A model generated the notes under the pieces. It was not told the DNA's origin, did no database searches, and was given only the letters and a program-made list of their open reading frames with translations. A DNA stretch of 64,000 nt from the NCBI GenBank assembly GCA_038212015.1, contig JBBQUY010000006.1, positions 3,016-67,015 of the forward strand, read 5' to 3'. Numbering within the stretch: the first letter of the stretch is position 1; every line of letters starts with the position of its first letter. Source of the DNA: Gaiellales bacterium. Lineage in GTDB: Bacteria; Actinomycetota; Thermoleophilia; Gaiellales; SKUG01. Position numbers and translations under genes: made by a program. This document shows, piece by piece, positions 33,063 to 41,806 of this stretch.

Positions 33063-34253
33063 TCAGGCGACCTCGCGTGCGCGGAGCGCGTCGCGGAATG
33101 CCAGGGGTGCGTCATGCGTGCCGGCGTGCCAGCGAAGCACGCGATCGTGCAGGAGCAGTCCGGCGAGCTTGTCCGGGCGCGTTCCTGGTGACACGGTGAT
33201 TTCGGCGTCGTGGCCGAGGAACGGGTGCGAGAGCGAATCCGCGCGCTCCAGGCGAGCGTGCAGCACGCCGTCGGCGAGGTCCATCTGGTACTCGACGGAG
33301 CTGCTCGGGATGCCGTCGACCATCAGGCCGAGCTTCGAGGGGTCGCCCTCGAGCGCCGTCAACACGCGACGCGCCTGCCACGCGGTGGCGAATCCCGCTC
33401 GGTACGGCAGGTTGATCGCGTCACCGATCACGAACGCATCGCGGGCGACCTCGAAGCTCGAGTTTGGTTCGTACCATCCGCTTCGGCCTCGTCCGGGAAG
33501 CCCGTCGATGAGGCGTGGCTGCAGGGCGCCGAACTCGAGGATCAGGTCGCCGCCGATCGAGTCGAAGCGGCCGACCGGCACGCCGGTCGCGACCTTCACG
33601 CGCGATCGGCGCATCGCGGCATCCACCGCGACCTCGCCGATCGGGCCGAACCATTCGAAGACCTCGTGGTCGGACGTGGCGATGAGCGTCTCGATGCGGT
33701 CGTCGAGACGCATGGACCGGATCCATGCACCGATCAGCAGCGCGATCTCGCACGCAGGCGCAGTCCAGGAATCCTCGGACTTCGCGCGGATCGTGATCGT
33801 GCGGCGCTCACCGGCACGTGCATCGGCGACGATCTGTCGAAGCTGCTCGCGCATGCGGATCGCGTCGTCGAGCGTGCGAAGGCTGTGGTGTTCGTGCTCG
33901 CGCGGCTCGGCGCCGGGTGCGGCGACGAGCACGTCGTACTCGATGTCGCCCTGGCTCGTCACCACACGCCTGGCGACATGGTCGATCCGCTCGACTTCCG
34001 CGACGACGCTGCGGACGCCGTGCGGCAGCAGGTCCTCCACCGGCACGTCGATGCGGCGTGAGGAGATGTCGAACGGAACGTAGACCAGGTCGGGGAGCAG
34101 ACGGATCGACGGCCAACGGCCGACGAGCGTGACCTGGGAGTCGGGTAGACCGATCGCGAGCGTCAGCGCGGCTTCCGCACCAGCGATCCCACCGCCGATG
34201 ACGACGATGCGACGTGGCGAGGACTCCTGAATTGCCGTGCTCGAATCGGGCAT
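33063..34253 (-). CDS. FAD-dependent pyridine nucleotide-disulfide oxidoreductase (SQR/NDH-2-like)
   Basis: N-terminal Rossmann motif RIVVIGGGIAGAEAA. GGAGGG precedes ATG 34253. It is the first gene of the DsbB/TlpA operon. Confidence 0.75.
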   Translation of the reverse strand: MPDSSTAIQESSPRRIVVIGGGIAGAEAALTLAIGLPDSQVTLVGRWPSIRLLPDLVYVPFDISSRRIDVPVEDLLPHGVRSVVAEVERIDHVARRVVTSQGDIEYDVLVAAPGAEPREHEHHSLRTLDDAIRMREQLRQIVADARAGERRTITIRAKSEDSWTAPACEIALLIGAWIRSMRLDDRIETLIATSDHEVFEWFGPIGEVAVDAAMRRSRVKVATGVPVGRFDSIGGDLILEFGALQPRLIDGLPGRGRSGWYEPNSSFEVARDAFVIGDAINLPYRAGFATAWQARRVLTALEGDPSKLGLMVDGIPSSSVEYQMDLADGVLHARLERADSLSHPFLGHDAEITVSPGTRPDKLAGLLLHDRVLRWHAGTHDAPLAFRDALRAREVA

Positions 34254-34352
34254 TGATCATTCCCTCCGGTCTGATCAAGATTCTCGCCCGTCTCGGGGTC
34301 CTTCTCACCCGCCTTTTCGCGCACAGTGGTGCGGGAAATCCGCAACGATTGC

Positions 34353-35006
34353 TCAGATCGGCTTGTCGAGCAGCCCGCGGTCGAGTGCCCACCGAACGAG
34401 CTCCGCACGGCTGGACAATCGCAGTTTCGCCATCGCGTGCGCGCGATGCGTCTCCACCGTGCGGATGCTGAGGTGCACCGTCGACGCGATCTCGGAGTTG
34501 GTGTGGCCGAGCGCCAGCAGGCGCACGATTTCACGTTCCCGATCGGTGAGCGGATCCACCGGAGGCGCCGAAGCCGCCTTGATCATCGCCGCACCGAGCG
34601 GCGGATACAGGTATCGCTCGCCGCGGTGCATCGCTTCGAGCGCTGCGACGAGTTCGCTCTCGGCAGCTTCCTTGACCAGGTAGCCGTCTGCCCCGGAGGA
34701 GAACGACCGCTCGACGCGCTCGGGCTCGTCGTGCATGCTCAATACGAGGACGCGGCTGCCACGTCCCTTGACACGCAACGTCTCGATGATGTCGAGGCCG
34801 TCCGCGTCCGGCAGGCCGATGTCGAGTACCACCACGTCGGGGCGACGGATCTCGACGAGCTCGATCGCATCCTTCGCCGTCCCGGCCTCGCCACAGACGT
34901 CGAATCCTTCCGTGTCCTCGAGTAGTCGGCGCAGGCCTGCGCGCACGACCGCGTGGTCGTCGACCAGAAGGATTCGCATTGGAGTGGTGGTGGTCTCGTC
35001 AGCCAT
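34353..35006 (-). CDS. NarL/LuxR-family response regulator
   Basis: REC domain (RILLVDDHAVV, DVVVLDIGLPDADG) plus LuxR HTH (LTDREREIVRLLALGHTNSEIASTVHLSIRTVETHRAHAMAKL). I chose ATG 35006. Confidence 0.9.
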   Translation of the reverse strand: MADETTTTPMRILLVDDHAVVRAGLRRLLEDTEGFDVCGEAGTAKDAIELVEIRRPDVVVLDIGLPDADGLDIIETLRVKGRGSRVLVLSMHDEPERVERSFSSGADGYLVKEAAESELVAALEAMHRGERYLYPPLGAAMIKAASAPPVDPLTDREREIVRLLALGHTNSEIASTVHLSIRTVETHRAHAMAKLRLSSRAELVRWALDRGLLDKPI

Positions 35007-35049
35007 GCAGATAGTCTGCCAAATTGGGTCCGCGGGAAGGAGGCCAAGC

Positions 35050-36717
35050 ATGGAATCAGATGCACGCGACGAGAGCCTCGCCGAGGCTGGAATCGCCCTT
35101 GCCCTCGCCCGGGATGCGACCGACTGCTGCTCGATGCTGCAGAAATGGGCGCTGCGCCTGACCGAGGCTGCTGCCGTCGGGGTGACCTATCGGGGTGAAC
35201 TCGGGTCGTTCGTCGTCGGTTCGATGCCGTTCGACGAAGACGCCGATGTCGACCCACACGACATTGAACTGGATGATTACCCGGGCTGGCACCTGGTGGA
35301 TATCGGGCATCCGGAGCCCGACGATGCGTGGTGGTCCGCCAGGCTGTGGTTCGCCGATCCGGTCTCCCAGGATTGGCGGGCGATCACGAGCATGCTCTCG
35401 CGGCAGGCGGGCGTCGGCCTCGCTCGCGTGCTCAAGCGGTCGGAGCTGGCTCACCATGAGCGAGCCCAGCATGCCCTGGTCGAGGCGGGCAAGGCGCTCA
35501 GCAGCGAACGCACGCTGGACGGCGTGCTCCGTCGGATCGTCGAGCATGCGATGGAGCTCACCGGCGCCCGGTATGGCGCACTCGGCGTGCTCGACGAGGA
35601 GCGCCAGGGCCTCGCGGCGTTCATCACCGTGGGGATCGATGCCCATACACACGCGAAGATCGGTGAGCTGCCCAAGGGTCGCGGCATCCTCGGCGTGCTG
35701 ATCGACGATCCTCGCCCGCTGCGCCTGCGCCGCCTGCAGGACCACCCGCGGTCGGTGGGGTTCCCGGAGCATCACCCGAGCATGGAATCGTTCCTGGGCG
35801 TGCCGATCGTCACGTCGCGGGCCGTGGCAGGCCGCATCTATCTCTGCGAGAAGGCGGGCGCGCCCGAATTCACGCCGGAGGACGAGCAGCTCGTCGAGAC
35901 GCTCGCGTCACAGGCGGCGATCGCGATCGACAATGCCACGCTCAACGAACAGCTGCAGCGAACGGCAGCCGAGCTTGCGGAAGCGAGCCGGCACAAATCA
36001 TCGTTCCTCGCCAACATGAGTCACGAGCTGCGCAGCCCGCTGAACACGATCATCGGATACACGCGGCTGCTGCTCGAGGAGCCGCGCGAGCTCGACACCG
36101 AACAGATCGAAGACCTGGAGATCGTTCGAGGCTCGAGCGAGCACCTGCTCGCCCTCATCACCGAGCTGCTGGACCTGCAGCGCATCGAGGCCGGGCGCGT
36201 CACGCTCGTGCTGGGGAAGGAGCGTCTGGGTGCGATCGTCGAAGACGTCGTGGCCAGCATCCGGCCGAGCGTTCCCGAGGGCGTCGAACTGCTGGCAGAC
36301 GCGTCCGGCCTGCGCGACGACCACATCACGTGTGACCGCACGCGGCTGCGCCAGGTCCTGCTCAACGTGCTCGGCAATGCCGTGAAGTTCACGTCGGAAG
36401 GGTTCGTGAAGATCAGCGTGCGGGACGACCAGGACAGGTTCCTGATCGACGTCACGGATTCGGGTCCGGGTATCCCGGCGGCAGACCGAGAGCAGATCTT
36501 CGATACGTTCTTCCAGTCACAGGCGGCGTTGGGGCGCACGCCCGGACCACGCGAAGGCGCAGGGCTCGGCCTGGCGATCACGCGACTGCTGACCGAGCTG
36601 CACGGCGGAGAGGTGTCGCTCGAATCCGAAGAGGGCGTCGGCACCACGGTCACCATTTCACTGCCACGCGAAGCAAGTACGATCCATGCGATGCCGACGA
36701 CGGGAGGTCCCACGTGA
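35050..36717 (+). CDS. GAF-domain sensor histidine kinase (HisKA + HATPase_c)
   Basis: GGAAGGAGG precedes ATG 35050. Actinobacterial GAF signature GALGVLDE...GRGILGVLI...HPRSVGFPEHHPSMESFLGVPI. H-box SHELRSPLN. N-box LLNVLGNAVKF. G-boxes DSGPGI and GAGLGLAI. Confidence 0.9.
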   Translation: MESDARDESLAEAGIALALARDATDCCSMLQKWALRLTEAAAVGVTYRGELGSFVVGSMPFDEDADVDPHDIELDDYPGWHLVDIGHPEPDDAWWSARLWFADPVSQDWRAITSMLSRQAGVGLARVLKRSELAHHERAQHALVEAGKALSSERTLDGVLRRIVEHAMELTGARYGALGVLDEERQGLAAFITVGIDAHTHAKIGELPKGRGILGVLIDDPRPLRLRRLQDHPRSVGFPEHHPSMESFLGVPIVTSRAVAGRIYLCEKAGAPEFTPEDEQLVETLASQAAIAIDNATLNEQLQRTAAELAEASRHKSSFLANMSHELRSPLNTIIGYTRLLLEEPRELDTEQIEDLEIVRGSSEHLLALITELLDLQRIEAGRVTLVLGKERLGAIVEDVVASIRPSVPEGVELLADASGLRDDHITCDRTRLRQVLLNVLGNAVKFTSEGFVKISVRDDQDRFLIDVTDSGPGIPAADREQIFDTFFQSQAALGRTPGPREGAGLGLAITRLLTELHGGEVSLESEEGVGTTVTISLPREASTIHAMPTTGGPT

Positions 36718-37085
36718 ACGTGCGACTGCTGCTGATCGATGACGACAATGCAGCGCGACGCATGATGCGGCGCGTACTCGAACGTCGCGGCTACGAGGTG
36801 GAGGACGTCGACAATGGCCGCGCCGGACTCGACCGCGTCCGCGAGGCGCCTCCGGCGGGCGTTCTGCTCGATCTGCGCATGCCGGGGGAGCTGTCCGGAT
36901 TCGACGTCGCGCGGGAACTCAAGGGACATCCGGACACGAAAGACGTTCCGGTCATCGTCGTGAGCGCGAGCACGCACCTGGATGCCAAGTCGATGGTCGA
37001 ACAGGTGGGGTGCGATGCATTCGTCGAGAAGCCCGTGGATTTCGACGAACTCGATCGCGTGCTCGATGAATTCATTCCGGGCTGA
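36714..37085 (+). CDS. Single-domain (CheY-like) response regulator
   Basis: LLLIDDDNAARRMM..., VLLDLRMPGELSG, PVIVVSAS. GTG start overlaps the kinase stop (GTGA). Confidence 0.85.
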   Translation: MNVRLLLIDDDNAARRMMRRVLERRGYEVEDVDNGRAGLDRVREAPPAGVLLDLRMPGELSGFDVARELKGHPDTKDVPVIVVSASTHLDAKSMVEQVGCDAFVEKPVDFDELDRVLDEFIPG

Positions 37086-37647
37086 CGTCTGACGCGACCG
37101 GCAGCGTGATCAGTGCCTCGTCCTCGACCAGGTGCATGCGACCACCGCAGGCATTGGAGAGCACGAGCAGCACCGCAGCCAGGCCGCCGGGCACGCCGCC
37201 CCCGTGCAGCGCCACGGCAATGTCGACTTCGTCCCCCTGGATGGTCGACGCGATCGAGGGGGTCGGGCCCGCGTAGTGCAGCAGGTCCGTCAGGAGGCGC
37301 TCCGTGACCGTACCGGAGGCAACGACCGCGACGCCGTCGAACGCGTGGTCCACGTGCTCCAGCGCTGCACCCTCGCGCCGCGCGCGCCGCATCGCGAGTG
37401 CGACGAGCGCCGCGAGGTCGATGGGCCCCGGTGCGCCGCTCGTTCCCAGCTCGACCCGGGCGAGGACCACCGCTCGTTCGATCGTCACCTGGACCGCGCG
37501 AGTCGCGGCTCCGAGCGCAGCCGCGATCTCGGGATCGTCCTGCAGCTGCGCGACCGATCGCAGCGTCGCGACGTGGTTGCGCAGGTCATGCGCGCTGCCC
37601 GAAAGCAGCTGTGCGAGCACGGAGTGGTCGGTCGTCGGAGATTCCAT
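37072..37647 (-). CDS. Small cytoplasmic histidine-kinase-like protein with a degenerate ATP-binding domain
   Basis: DHp-like H-box SAHDLRNHVATL. Canonical N/G1/G2 boxes are not recognisable in the C-terminal half. The 3' end overlaps the convergent CheY gene by 14 nt. Confidence 0.55.
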   Translation of the reverse strand: MESPTTDHSVLAQLLSGSAHDLRNHVATLRSVAQLQDDPEIAAALGAATRAVQVTIERAVVLARVELGTSGAPGPIDLAALVALAMRRARREGAALEHVDHAFDGVAVVASGTVTERLLTDLLHYAGPTPSIASTIQGDEVDIAVALHGGGVPGGLAAVLLVLSNACGGRMHLVEDEALITLPVASDVSPE

Positions 37648-37771
37648 GCTCGATCCCTACCCGACTGCGGGGGTAGGGGATCCGCGAAACGCGTTGCGGA
37701 AAACTACTGATGCCGACGCGCTGCGCCGTGACGACGATGGTGGCAGGAGACATCGACCGACTGGAACCACC

Positions 37772-37975
37772 ATGAGCGAGTTCATGCGCGAGGCCCTTCC
37801 GATCATCTTCATGTATGCATGCGTGCTCGCGCTCGGCCCGTTCATCGCGTTCGCGATGTGGATGGCATTCGACGGTGATCGCCTGCGGGACGATGCCGCA
37901 CTGCAGGTCGCGGCAGCGCCGGAGCGTGACACCGCGCCGCGCCAGATCACGGCCGAGGCGACAAGCGCTGCGTGA
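37772..37975 (+). CDS. Small membrane protein (hypothetical)
   Basis: 67 aa with one TM (LPIIFMYACVLALGPFIAFAMWMAF). Weak support only. Confidence 0.3.
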   Translation: MSEFMREALPIIFMYACVLALGPFIAFAMWMAFDGDRLRDDAALQVAAAPERDTAPRQITAEATSAA

Positions 37976-38067
37976 GCTGCAGCAGGCCGCGCACCTGGTG
38001 CGCGATGAGATAGGAGACATTCCCTCGGCGCCCGCGCGCATCGTACGGCGAGCGCCACGAGGAACCA

Positions 38068-38099
38068 CGAGCACGACCCCCGCATGGAGGTCGTGCTCG
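38068..38099. terminator. Hairpin between convergent genes
   Basis: CGAGCACGACC / GGTCGTGCTCG forms a perfect 11-bp stem with a 10-nt loop. Confidence 0.5.
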
Positions 38100-38130
38100 A
38101 CGTCTTCGACGCGCATTCACACACGCCGTC

Positions 38131-38562
38131 TCACGCATCGACGAGTTCGGTGAGCTGGGCGCCCAGCTCGCGCTGCAGCAGCTCGAACAGCTCTCGCTCC
38201 TCGAATCGGATGTGCGCGGTGAGCTGTTCGCCCAGCGTGTACAGGGCGTTGCCGTTGGGCGCGTCGGCATCACGCTCCATCCGCGCAAACTCTGCGCGGA
38301 AGGCCGCGTGTTCGACGTCCATCCGATCGCGAGCGGCCTGTAGCTCCGCCGAGGACGGCGCGAGGTGCATGGCGCGCTCCAGGAGCTGTTCCTCCTGCTC
38401 GAAGTGCGGCACCAGGCGCGTCGTCGCGAACTCGATGAACGAGGTTCGTTCGTCGCGCCGCGCGTCCTCGCCCGAGTCACGAACTCGCCGGAGTCGCAGT
38501 GCGCGTGCGAGTGCGTTCTGGTGGTCATGTGAGAGCGGGTGCAGTGCTTCGTGTCGCTTCAT
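38131..38562 (-). CDS. Hemerythrin HHE cation-binding domain protein
   Basis: MKRHEALHPLSHDHQNAL..., VPHFEQEEQLLE, DVEHAAFRAEF, LTAHIRFEERELF. I chose ATG 38562. It is divergent from nirK. Confidence 0.7.
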   Translation of the reverse strand: MKRHEALHPLSHDHQNALARALRLRRVRDSGEDARRDERTSFIEFATTRLVPHFEQEEQLLERAMHLAPSSAELQAARDRMDVEHAAFRAEFARMERDADAPNGNALYTLGEQLTAHIRFEERELFELLQRELGAQLTELVDA

Positions 38563-38695
38563 GTCCTTACCGTACTGCGCGCGCACGACCGAGGAATGTG
38601 GCTTTCCCGCACTGCGGCACGGTACGTCCCCCATGTGGTCGTCGCAGCGGTCGACGATGCTCAGGGCAGACCACAACCAGAAAGAGGAGAGGGAC

Positions 38696-39793
38696 ATGAG
38701 CCCGCATCCAGACAACACACCAGGCGAACGCCAGCGGCGGGTCGATTTCGACACGCTCGCACCACTCTCGATCGGCGCGCTCGTCGTGGCCGTCGTCGCC
38801 ATCGCCATCGCGATCGCCTCGCACCAGGACGCAGGAACCGTGTCCTCAGCCGCAGCTGCCGGAGATTCGGCAGCTACTGCATCGTCCGAGACCACGAAGG
38901 TTGCCGACGCCAAGGAGCTCAAGCCGGACTTCTCGGCGAAGCAGATCAACCCGGCGACCGCGCCGGTCAAGCCAGGACCGAAGGTCTTCGAGCTGACCGC
39001 CACCGAGCGGAAGATCAAGGTCGGCAACAAGGTCTACGACCAGTGGACGTTCAATGACCAGGTTCCCGGCCCCGTGATGCGCGTGGTCGTGGGCGACAAG
39101 GTCACGATCAAGATCAAGAACGCGGGCGACAGCAAGCTGCCGCACTCGGTCGACTACCACTCGTCACGGCTCACGCTCGGCGGCGGACACGTCCAGGTGA
39201 ATCCGGGCGAGACCGGTACGTTCGAGTTCACGGCGGAATACCCGGGCGTGTTCATGTACCACTGCGCGACCGCTCCCGTGCTCCATCACATCGGGATGGG
39301 CATGTACGGCATGATGATCGTGCAGCCGAAGGAGGGCTTCGGTCCGGAGATGCCCGAGTACGCGATCGTTCAGCACGAGCTGTACGCAAGCAGCAAGGGC
39401 ATCGACGACGGGGTCATGGACGCCATGGCGTTCAACGGCATCCCCGCGCACTACACGAAGATGCCGATCAAGGTGAAGAAGGACGCAACGCTCCGCATGT
39501 TCGTCCTCAACGCCGGCCCGAGCCAGGTCAGCAGCTTCCACGTGGTCGGCACGGTGTTCGACAAGGTGCTCGATGACGGCAACCCGCGCAACGCAACCTA
39601 CGGTCGCCAGGCACTGATGATGCCGGCCTCTGGCGGCGGCGTGTTCGAGTTCAAGACCGTCGGCGAAGGCCTGTTCCCCTTCGTCACGCACCAGTTCAAC
39701 CACGCGGCCAAGGGTGCGATCGGCATGATCATCGCGGGCGACGGCAAGCCGGGGCCCGGCGCGATCGACGAGGCCAAGGACGGTCACCACTGA
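38696..39793 (+). CDS. nirK: Copper-containing nitrite reductase (NirK-type two-domain multicopper protein), N-terminally membrane-anchored
   Basis: AAAGAGGAGAGGG precedes ATG 38696. One TM (LSIGALVVAVVAIAIAIA). Motifs LPHSVDYH (T1 His / Asp / T2 His), YHCATAPVLHHIGMGMYG (T2 His, T1 Cys, His, Met), SSFHVVG, and HQFNHAAKGA. Confidence 0.75.
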   Translation: MSPHPDNTPGERQRRVDFDTLAPLSIGALVVAVVAIAIAIASHQDAGTVSSAAAAGDSAATASSETTKVADAKELKPDFSAKQINPATAPVKPGPKVFELTATERKIKVGNKVYDQWTFNDQVPGPVMRVVVGDKVTIKIKNAGDSKLPHSVDYHSSRLTLGGGHVQVNPGETGTFEFTAEYPGVFMYHCATAPVLHHIGMGMYGMMIVQPKEGFGPEMPEYAIVQHELYASSKGIDDGVMDAMAFNGIPAHYTKMPIKVKKDATLRMFVLNAGPSQVSSFHVVGTVFDKVLDDGNPRNATYGRQALMMPASGGGVFEFKTVGEGLFPFVTHQFNHAAKGAIGMIIAGDGKPGPGAIDEAKDGHH

Positions 39794-39829
39794 GCCGTAC
39801 CACCACGAAGCACTGAGTACCCCCACACC

Positions 39830-39859
39830 GAGCGGCCTCCGGATCTCCGGGGGCCGCTC
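39830..39859. terminator. Strong GC hairpin between convergent nirK and mgtE
   Basis: GAGCGGCCTCCGG-ATCT-CCGGGGGCCGCTC, a stem of about 13 bp. Confidence 0.6.
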
Positions 39860-39868
39860 GCGTGTTCG

Positions 39869-40879
39869 CTATGACACGAGCGCGGACACGATCGAGAAGT
39901 AGATGAACAGCGAGATGATGTCTTGTCCGACGGTGGCGAGCGGGCCGCTGCCGAACGCTGGATCCTTGCCGAGCGCGTGCAGGCCCCACGGCACGCCGAT
40001 CGCGATGATGTTGGACACGGTGCACGCCGCGGCGATCGACAGGCTCACCGCCAGTGCCAGCTCGCTGCTGCTCCAGAGCGTGAGGGCCGCCGGGTAGAAC
40101 ACGACTCCCAGCGACAGGCCGATCACCAGGCCCGTCGTCAGCTCGCGCACCACGATGCTGCGGATCGGGATGCCGAGCGAGAGCCCGCGCACGAGCACCG
40201 TCACGGTCTGCGCGCCGACCGCACCCGCGAGGTAGATGAGTCCCGGTACGAAGTACGCGAGCACGACGTCACGTTCCAGCACGGCCTCGTACTGCCCCAT
40301 CACCTCTGCGGCGGCAGCGGCGCCCACGAGGCCGAGCACGAGCCACGGCAGGCGGTGCCAGAGACGTCGCAGCACGCGCTCCTCCGTCGCGGCGCGTGCA
40401 CTGTCGCCCTGATGCAGGTAGCCCGAGATGCGTGCGATGTCGTCGGCATGCTCGCGGGCGAGCACGGCAAGCAGGCTCGATGCAGGCACGACCCCGACGT
40501 AGGCGCCGTCGTCCTGGACGACGACGGCCTCGCTCTCCCCGCGCGAGAGCACTGCCCAGACCACCTCGTCGCGGGACATGGATGTCGCGACGAGTGGCGG
40601 GTCTGCGATCGCGAGCTGCTGCATCTGCATCTCGTCGGGTGCGGCCATCAGGTCGACGTCGCGCACGAGCCCGACGAAGCGGCCATCCGCGACGAGCGCG
40701 ACGTGGCTGACGCTTCCGTGTCGCTGCCCGACGATCGCGCGACGAACATCCCCCACGAGCGCGTCAGGCGTGGCACGGGGCGCCGCCACCGCGAGCCGCG
40801 CGACGTCGGCACCGGCCAGTGCGTCCTGCACCGGCGGGCGACCGACGATGAGGGGTTCCGGATGCGTCAGGTGGGCCAC
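39869..40879 (-). CDS. mgtE: MgtE-family magnesium transporter (CBS pair + TM domain, no MgtE_N domain)
   Basis: The CBS-like region is followed by the MgtE TM domain (...VGAQTVTVLVRGLSLG..., GPLATVGQDIISLFIYF). GTG start. Confidence 0.75.
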   Translation of the reverse strand: MAHLTHPEPLIVGRPPVQDALAGADVARLAVAAPRATPDALVGDVRRAIVGQRHGSVSHVALVADGRFVGLVRDVDLMAAPDEMQMQQLAIADPPLVATSMSRDEVVWAVLSRGESEAVVVQDDGAYVGVVPASSLLAVLAREHADDIARISGYLHQGDSARAATEERVLRRLWHRLPWLVLGLVGAAAAAEVMGQYEAVLERDVVLAYFVPGLIYLAGAVGAQTVTVLVRGLSLGIPIRSIVVRELTTGLVIGLSLGVVFYPAALTLWSSSELALAVSLSIAAACTVSNIIAIGVPWGLHALGKDPAFGSGPLATVGQDIISLFIYFSIVSALVS

Positions 40880-40977
40880 GGGCGTGATCCTCGCATGCCG
40901 AAGACCCGAGGGGCGCGACGCCCGATCCGCAGATCGGCGCGTCCCGCCCCTCGGGATGCCTCAGGTGTGGTGCCGGG

Positions 40978-41535
40978 TCAGGCCGTGGTGGCCGTTCGGT
41001 CGGTGGCGGCAGGTGCCACGAGCACGGTCGGCGCGGCGCGCAGCTGGCCCAGGCACAGAACGAAGAAGCCGATGCCGGTCAGCAGCAGCGCGACGCCCAT
41101 CATGATGCTGAACAGTGCGACGCGCTCCGCGAAGAAGCTCATGTTGAGCGCAGTGCTCAGCGCAGTCGACGTGACCCAGACGTTGCGAAGTCCGTTCTCG
41201 ACGGGCTGTCCGGTCTCCGGGTCGGTCGCGGCCTTGGATTCGTCGCTCGTGTCGTTGCCGTCCTCGTCGAGGAACCGCCCCATCTCCGCGTACGTCTTGC
41301 CGTCGGTCATCGCAAGCGTGTGCTTGCGGATCGTCTTGGCGAAGGCTTCTGCTTCGTCGCCGGTGTCGACCTTCTGGCCCGGGATCGATGAATCCGGCGT
41401 GCCGACGATGCCTTCCTCGGCGAGTGCGTCACGCACGTCGCCGCGACCAGCGACGCCCATCGAGATGGATGCGATCGCGAACACGATCAGGATGGCGCTG
41501 GCGAACAGGCCCGCCAGGAGTGAGAACTTGCGCAT
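40978..41535 (-). CDS. Two-TM membrane protein with an acidic extracytoplasmic loop (hypothetical)
   Basis: ATG 41535 (MRKFSLLAGLFASAILIVFAIASI...). A second TM lies near the C-terminus (FSIMMGVALLLTGIGFFVLCL). Confidence 0.6.
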   Translation of the reverse strand: MRKFSLLAGLFASAILIVFAIASISMGVAGRGDVRDALAEEGIVGTPDSSIPGQKVDTGDEAEAFAKTIRKHTLAMTDGKTYAEMGRFLDEDGNDTSDESKAATDPETGQPVENGLRNVWVTSTALSTALNMSFFAERVALFSIMMGVALLLTGIGFFVLCLGQLRAAPTVLVAPAATDRTATTA

Positions 41536-41806
41536 GTCGTGTGTATCCCTTCGTGGATGTGTTGGTCGCTCCACGGCACAACGCTCGGGGCGATCTGTAA
41601 CCACATGTTCGCGGACCGAGACTGTCAATTCGTCCGTAGCGAGCAGCAGGCTGCTGCGGCAACTCCGCACGCCGACGGCGGCTGTCCGGACGGAACGCGA
41701 GGTCGTCGGGTTTCCCGAAGGCGACGTGCGGGACAGGGCGGCTGACGACGCTCGCGCGCGAGGCGAAGATGAGGGTGCACGGCTCACCACGACACGGAGG
41801 TATGCC

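Noticed and set aside
38034-38044. A third, partial copy (11 nt, minus strand) of the ACGATGCGCGCA block from the 49-nt element.
   Set aside because: Only one block matches and the flanking blocks are absent. An 11-mer of this GC content could occur by chance in 64 kb of GC-rich sequence read on both strands.
38563-38695. An FNR/CRP-type (TTGAT-N4-ATCAA or TGTGA-N6-TCACA) or NsrR-type box in the hemerythrin/nirK divergent promoter. One example is TGTGGCTTTCCCGCAC.
   Set aside because: The half-sites are not symmetric (TGTGG versus GTGCG), and I found no other dyad of convincing quality by eye. I report the region only as a shared control region.
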